Origin: the human T2T-CHM13v2.0 reference genome, Homo sapiens
Direction: 5' to 3' (one strand)
Assembly (NCBI RefSeq): GCF_009914755.1
Contig: NC_060933.1
DNA: 64,000 nt
Part shown: one piece after another, positions 61,262-64,000 of the stretch
Numbering within the stretch: the stretch's first letter is position 1
Layout of the letters: each line of letters starts with the position of its first letter
Position numbers and translations under genes: made by a program
Notes under the pieces: generated by a model
Told to the model about the DNA's origin: nothing
Database searches by the model: none
The model's input: the letters and a program-made list of their open reading frames with translations, nothing else

Positions 61262-62929
61262 TAGCTCAATATGTATGTATTATTGACTATGAGGTAGAAA
61301 ACGTGGAGAGATGATATTGGATAAGTAAAGTGGGATCAGACCATGAAGTGTCTGTCCTACATGGAGGACAATAAATAAATTTGAATATTTACTGAAGAGT
61401 TAGATTTAAAACTTGAATATTATTTAAATTGGACTAAATGAAAGGGATTTGCAACTAACTCACCACTGCCCTTCTGATCACCAAATTCATATACCTTTCC
61501 TACTTCCTCATACCTCTTGACAAAATTGGTACATTTTACCTTCTTTATGATTTTCTCCATGCATCTCTTTCTTTTCTCTGATGTATATCAAGTATATCAT
61601 TGGCAAAAGCATTGGACTGATATAAATCAGAAGACCTAGATTCATGACTTAGGCTCTGCTTCTTTCTAACGGTGATTTTAGGCAAGTTTTAAGTTTAAAT
61701 ACTCTGGACTTCTGTTTCCTATTTTTTAAATTTGTGGCAATACTTAGGTTCTTACAGGAGTTAAATAAATTAATATATTTGAAAGGACTCTGTAAAACCT
61801 TTGATTATGTTAAGGGACACATAGTCTAAAGAGTCCTGACTTAGATCACAAAATGATAAGGCCCTTGAGCATGTAAAAAAAAAAATGTATTCAAGCAGAT
61901 TGAAGTTAAAATTAAGAAATGTCAACCAAAACACTTAGGTAACAGTTCTAAGAATAACATTGGACCCTTACTTATGAATCTTAGCCCTTATTATCCCATA
62001 ATTATTCATGAACAAATTTACCCCTGTTATTCTATGAGCTTCTAGAATACAGAATCCTATCAAATTTATCTTTATATCTTCCTACAATGCCTTGCACAAA
62101 ATAGGTGCTAAATAAATACCTTCAAGGAATGAAACAATGAATTCTTGTAGAGTCAGAATTCGTTCTGGATACAGTTTAATATCTAACATACTTGGATCAT
62201 TTTGTTTTCTATTTTTCAGTTTTGTGAAGATGTTTAAAAATACTACTACTTCTCTAAAATCTTTTATTTTTCCAACTTTGGAATCTATTAATGAGATATA
62301 GCATTTAACTCAGCAAGAAAGGACAGAAGCTTGGTACTGGTCTCATCTACTTGGACAAGGAAAGCTCTAAGAGAAGCTGGTTACAGAGGTTCAGCAGGAG
62401 GGGACATTGAGCTGCACAAAGATTATAGTTTACCTGTAATCAAGGGCAGCTATTGTTAGCACAAGATTTAAAAACAAGTAGATAGAGAGTCAGATAATAC
62501 TTGTGAGTCCACTACAGGTAGGCAGTGGTCAACTTGAAATTCTGTCCAAGAGTAGGAGGGTTCCAATCACCAGCAAGAATAGAGCTTAAGATTGAGTGGC
62601 TATTCGACCCAGTGAGTCAGATTATTAGTTCAATAGAGTGAATTGGCTGCATGGGGGAAAATATGAAAGCCCAGTGATAATCACTAGATTTGAAATCACT
62701 AGATACCAAGTCCCAGGTTATAATAGTTGGATGGATGGCTCAAGGTGTGTGCTTTCTTAGTGGTCAGTGCAGGGCTACCATTGTCTTAGAATAACTTAGT
62801 TAGAAGGATGAAGATGATTGAGATGGCCTAAGTACTTCTCACATCATCAAGATTGATACAGCAGTACTCAACCATCTAGAAAGCCTTTTAAAGTAGCAAT
62901 GGCTTTTGAAAATGGTGTAGTAGCTCCTA

Positions 62930-64000
<1,071 letters not shown>

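Overview
Primate (almost certainly human) intronic DNA. One recognisable protein-coding exon lies on the + strand (16156-16322, ankyrin repeat, inversin/INVS), plus a probable alternative exon at 19449 that would end the protein early (ALRTISTGRI-stop). The rest is intron packed with retroelements. These include a full-length RPS2 processed pseudogene (- strand, TSDs, early nonsense codon but a 232-codon downstream ORF), an old DPPA3/STELLA retrocopy (- strand) nested in a MaLR LTR, and a 6.3-kb two-LTR HERV-H provirus (- strand, 5-bp TSD, His PBS, about 3% LTR divergence, TATA box broken only in the 5' LTR). There are also about 30 Alus, L1/L2/MIR fragments, MaLR LTRs, DNA transposons and a repeat-free, motif-dense candidate enhancer at about 57.8-58.6 kb. 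Most ORFs in the track are Alu/L1/antisense artefacts. I see no convincing wholly new system. The best leads are the DPPA3 fossil, the truncating INVS exon and a possible LTR7-driven antisense transcript. Gene and repeat names come from remembered sequences, not database searches; repeat boundaries are approximate unless TSDs are quoted.
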